Positions 61,721 through 64,000 of a stretch of 64,000 bases of DNA are shown here, in pieces. The notes beneath the pieces were generated by a model. That model was not told the origin of the DNA. It searched no databases and saw only the letters and a program-made list of their open reading frames with translations. Source of the stretch: Octopus bimaculoides (taxonomy: Eukaryota); assembly GCF_001194135.2 (NCBI RefSeq), contig NC_068987.1, forward strand, positions 48,488,615 through 48,552,614, in the 5' to 3' direction. Numbering within the stretch: position 1 is the first letter of the stretch; every line of letters begins with the position of its first letter. Position numbers and translations under genes: made by a program.

Positions 61721-62480
61721 CCAAAGGGTGATTTTTAACAAAGATTCTTCATATTTTGTTGGTAGCTTACTGGCATAAGATTTTTACAAATATGAAATTA
61801 TTACATGTATATGGTGTGTTATGAGAATTTATGGAAAGGTATCCAACTCAACAAATTCTTACAGATGAAAAAGAGAAGATGTTAAAATTTGAAAAGAATT
61901 TTAATACATGCATACGATTGTTTCAAACAGTGATATTAAACATGTAAATAACGTGGTAGAATAATTAAAATTAATTTAATTAAATTAATTACAAATTACT
62001 GTTCTCCTCAGTGCAAGACGAATACATAAAAAATTATTATTATTATTACAGAAGACTAGATGGAGGAAATATCAAATAACATATTTGGATATACATATTT
62101 TATCCTTATGAAGAATTAAGAGCATACTAAAAGAATGTTGTTGAGTCTAGTTGTGTATAAACTAAAACTGATGCGGCTAACGGTTATTTGAAAATATAAG
62201 TGAAAGATGTTTAAGAAACATTCCCTCTATATAAAAATGAGTGAGTAATTAATTTACACTCCAAATAAGTCATTTATGATAGGGAGTTAAATAGAAGTGT
62301 CCAATGGGAAAGCATAGTTATGTTTGAATTAGGATATGACTTGACAGTTATAGCTAATATATAAGTAAAATTAGGTATGGTGTATATTTAAAGAAATTAC
62401 TTTAAAAAAAAAGAAATTTCTTGTGCAAGAATAAATAAAAACTAGTGAATGAAGTTTTTATTAGGCTATTATATTATGGT

Positions 62481-62844
62481 GGAGGTGCAATGGCCCAGTG
62501 GGTAGGGCAGCGGACTCGCAGTCATAGGATCGCGGTTTCAATTCCCAGACTGGGCGTTGTGAGTGTTTATTGAGCGAAAACACCTAAAGCTCCATGAGGC
62601 TCCGGCAGGGGATGGTGTTGAACCCTGCTGTACTCTTTCACCACAACTTTCTCTCACTCTTACTTCCTGTTTCTGTTGTGGCTGTAATTCAAAGGGTCAA
62701 CCTTGTCACACTGTGTCACGCTGAATATTCCCGAGAACTACGTTAAGGGTACACGTGTCTGTGGAGTGCTCAGCCACTTGCACGTTAATTTCATGAGCAG
62801 GCTGTTCTGTCGATCGGATCAACTGGAACCCTCATCGTCGTAAG
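62481..62844 (+). mobile_element. tRNA-derived SINE, same family as 50436-50800
   Basis: Near-identical body. Older copies lie at ~34100-34432 (-), 36838-37145 (+) and 37450-37600 (+). Confidence 0.88.
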
Positions 62845-62986
62845 TCAGTCAGTCATATTAATATGATTTCTGTGGTTATGTAAATTATTTGAAGGATTAG
62901 ATGAGATGGGATAAATTTCATTTTTTATGTGTATTAGTTTAGTGTCCCTATTACTATCTATAATTAATTGTTTTCTGTGTTTATTT

Positions 62987-63868
62987 TCAGCATTCAAGGG
63001 TTTTTGTTATATTATTATTAGTGTAGTTAGTAATTTGTGAATTGCTGAAATTAGTATTATTTTTTCTTTTAGTGAGGTTATGGTTGTGGTGCTCATATTG
63101 TTTATGTTTATTATTATGTTTTTTGTTGTTGTATGATTTATGTCTATTACTAATGTTTTGCTGATGATTATTATTGAGAGTTTTTGATTGTTTGTCGGGG
63201 TTTACTAATTCACCAGATGATTTAGGTTCATTAATATGGTCTGTGTTGTTCATGTCTAGATAACTATTGGTATTACTAGTATTGGTGCTGTTGTTTTTAT
63301 TGCACTTAATTTGATATTTATATCCTGCCTTCTTAAGTGCTAGATTATTGTAGTCTTTATGTTTGTTAAAAATTTCTTCATTAGATGATAGATTAATTCT
63401 ACTTTTTATGTTAGTGGTTAGATTTTTTATAATATTATAAGGATGGTTACTTTGGGCATGTATGTATGTGATATTGTTGTTAAGTTTATGATAAGATTGA
63501 TATGAGGAGGTATTAAGGTTAAAGTTAACGTCTAGGAAGTTCACAGAGTTGTTAACTTTTTCAATAGAGATGGATGGTCCTTGGTTTTTGAAGAAATTGT
63601 GTAGCCTTCTTTTTGTATAGTTCAAGGTTCCTGTTGGAGGTATTTTAAAGAATAGTGTGTTGTTGCGGTAAAGACCACCTTCCAATTCAGGGAATTCTTT
63701 TTTAAGTAAGTGTAGAAGGTAAATTCTGACTAAATTGGCTACTTCAGTGGAGTCTTGTGCACCCATGGATACATCGAAACAATCTGGAGTATCCTTCCTT
63801 GTCCAATATTTACCTTGATGAGAGATTACAGTTTTTCTAGCTTCAAGTATGATTTTAATTTCATTCAT
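62987..63868 (-). mobile_element. Penelope-like element, reverse transcriptase fragment
   Basis: Track ORF contains FDVSMGAQDSTEVANLV, GLYRNN (decayed YRDD), VNFLDVNFNL, YIHAQSNHP..IIKN and LSSNEEIFNK, which are typical Penelope RT and C-terminal motifs. Confidence 0.9.
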
Positions 63869-64000
63869 TGATAATTTAGTCCTATTTGTGTGCGTGTATA
63901 CGTGTATGCGTGGGGTTGTGAGTGTTAGGTATGTGTGAATTCATATGTGTGCATGCGTGTGTGTGTGTATGTGTCTATGTGTATGGGTGTGCGTGCATGT

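Noticed and set aside
1-64000. CRISPR arrays, operons, rRNA genes
   Set aside because: Eukaryotic intron-rich DNA; no regularly spaced repeat-spacer arrays or rRNA-like sequence were seen.

Overview
AT-rich, repeat-dense animal genomic DNA. The repeat families look like octopus/cephalopod ones; this is my recognition and was not checked against a database. One complete protein-coding gene can be assembled by hand on the minus strand: an 8-coding-exon, 380-aa Cdc1/PGAP5(MPPE1)-like membrane-anchored metallophosphoesterase, CDS 34738 to 7664. All its introns are GT-AG and phase-compatible, and motif III reads GDND instead of GNHD. Its introns and the region beyond 40 kb hold an internally deleted Ty3/gypsy element with two LTRs, two probable solo LTRs, and Penelope-like, RTE, CR1 and RLE-type (R4/Dong-like) LINE fragments. 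There are also mariner/Tc1 and possible hAT fossils, TTAA-flanked piggyBac-type MITEs, Helentron/HINE-like elements, at least three tRNA-derived SINE families and many microsatellites. The most unusual structures are a ~500-bp near-perfect palindrome made of two head-to-head units of tRNA-like head + microsatellite + hammerhead-ribozyme-like tail (58.8-59.3 kb), and several other decayed minimal hammerhead motifs of unrelated sequence. One well-formed orphan plus-strand exon (60198-60259) may belong to a second gene that I could not assemble. Repeat boundaries are approximate unless termini are quoted.
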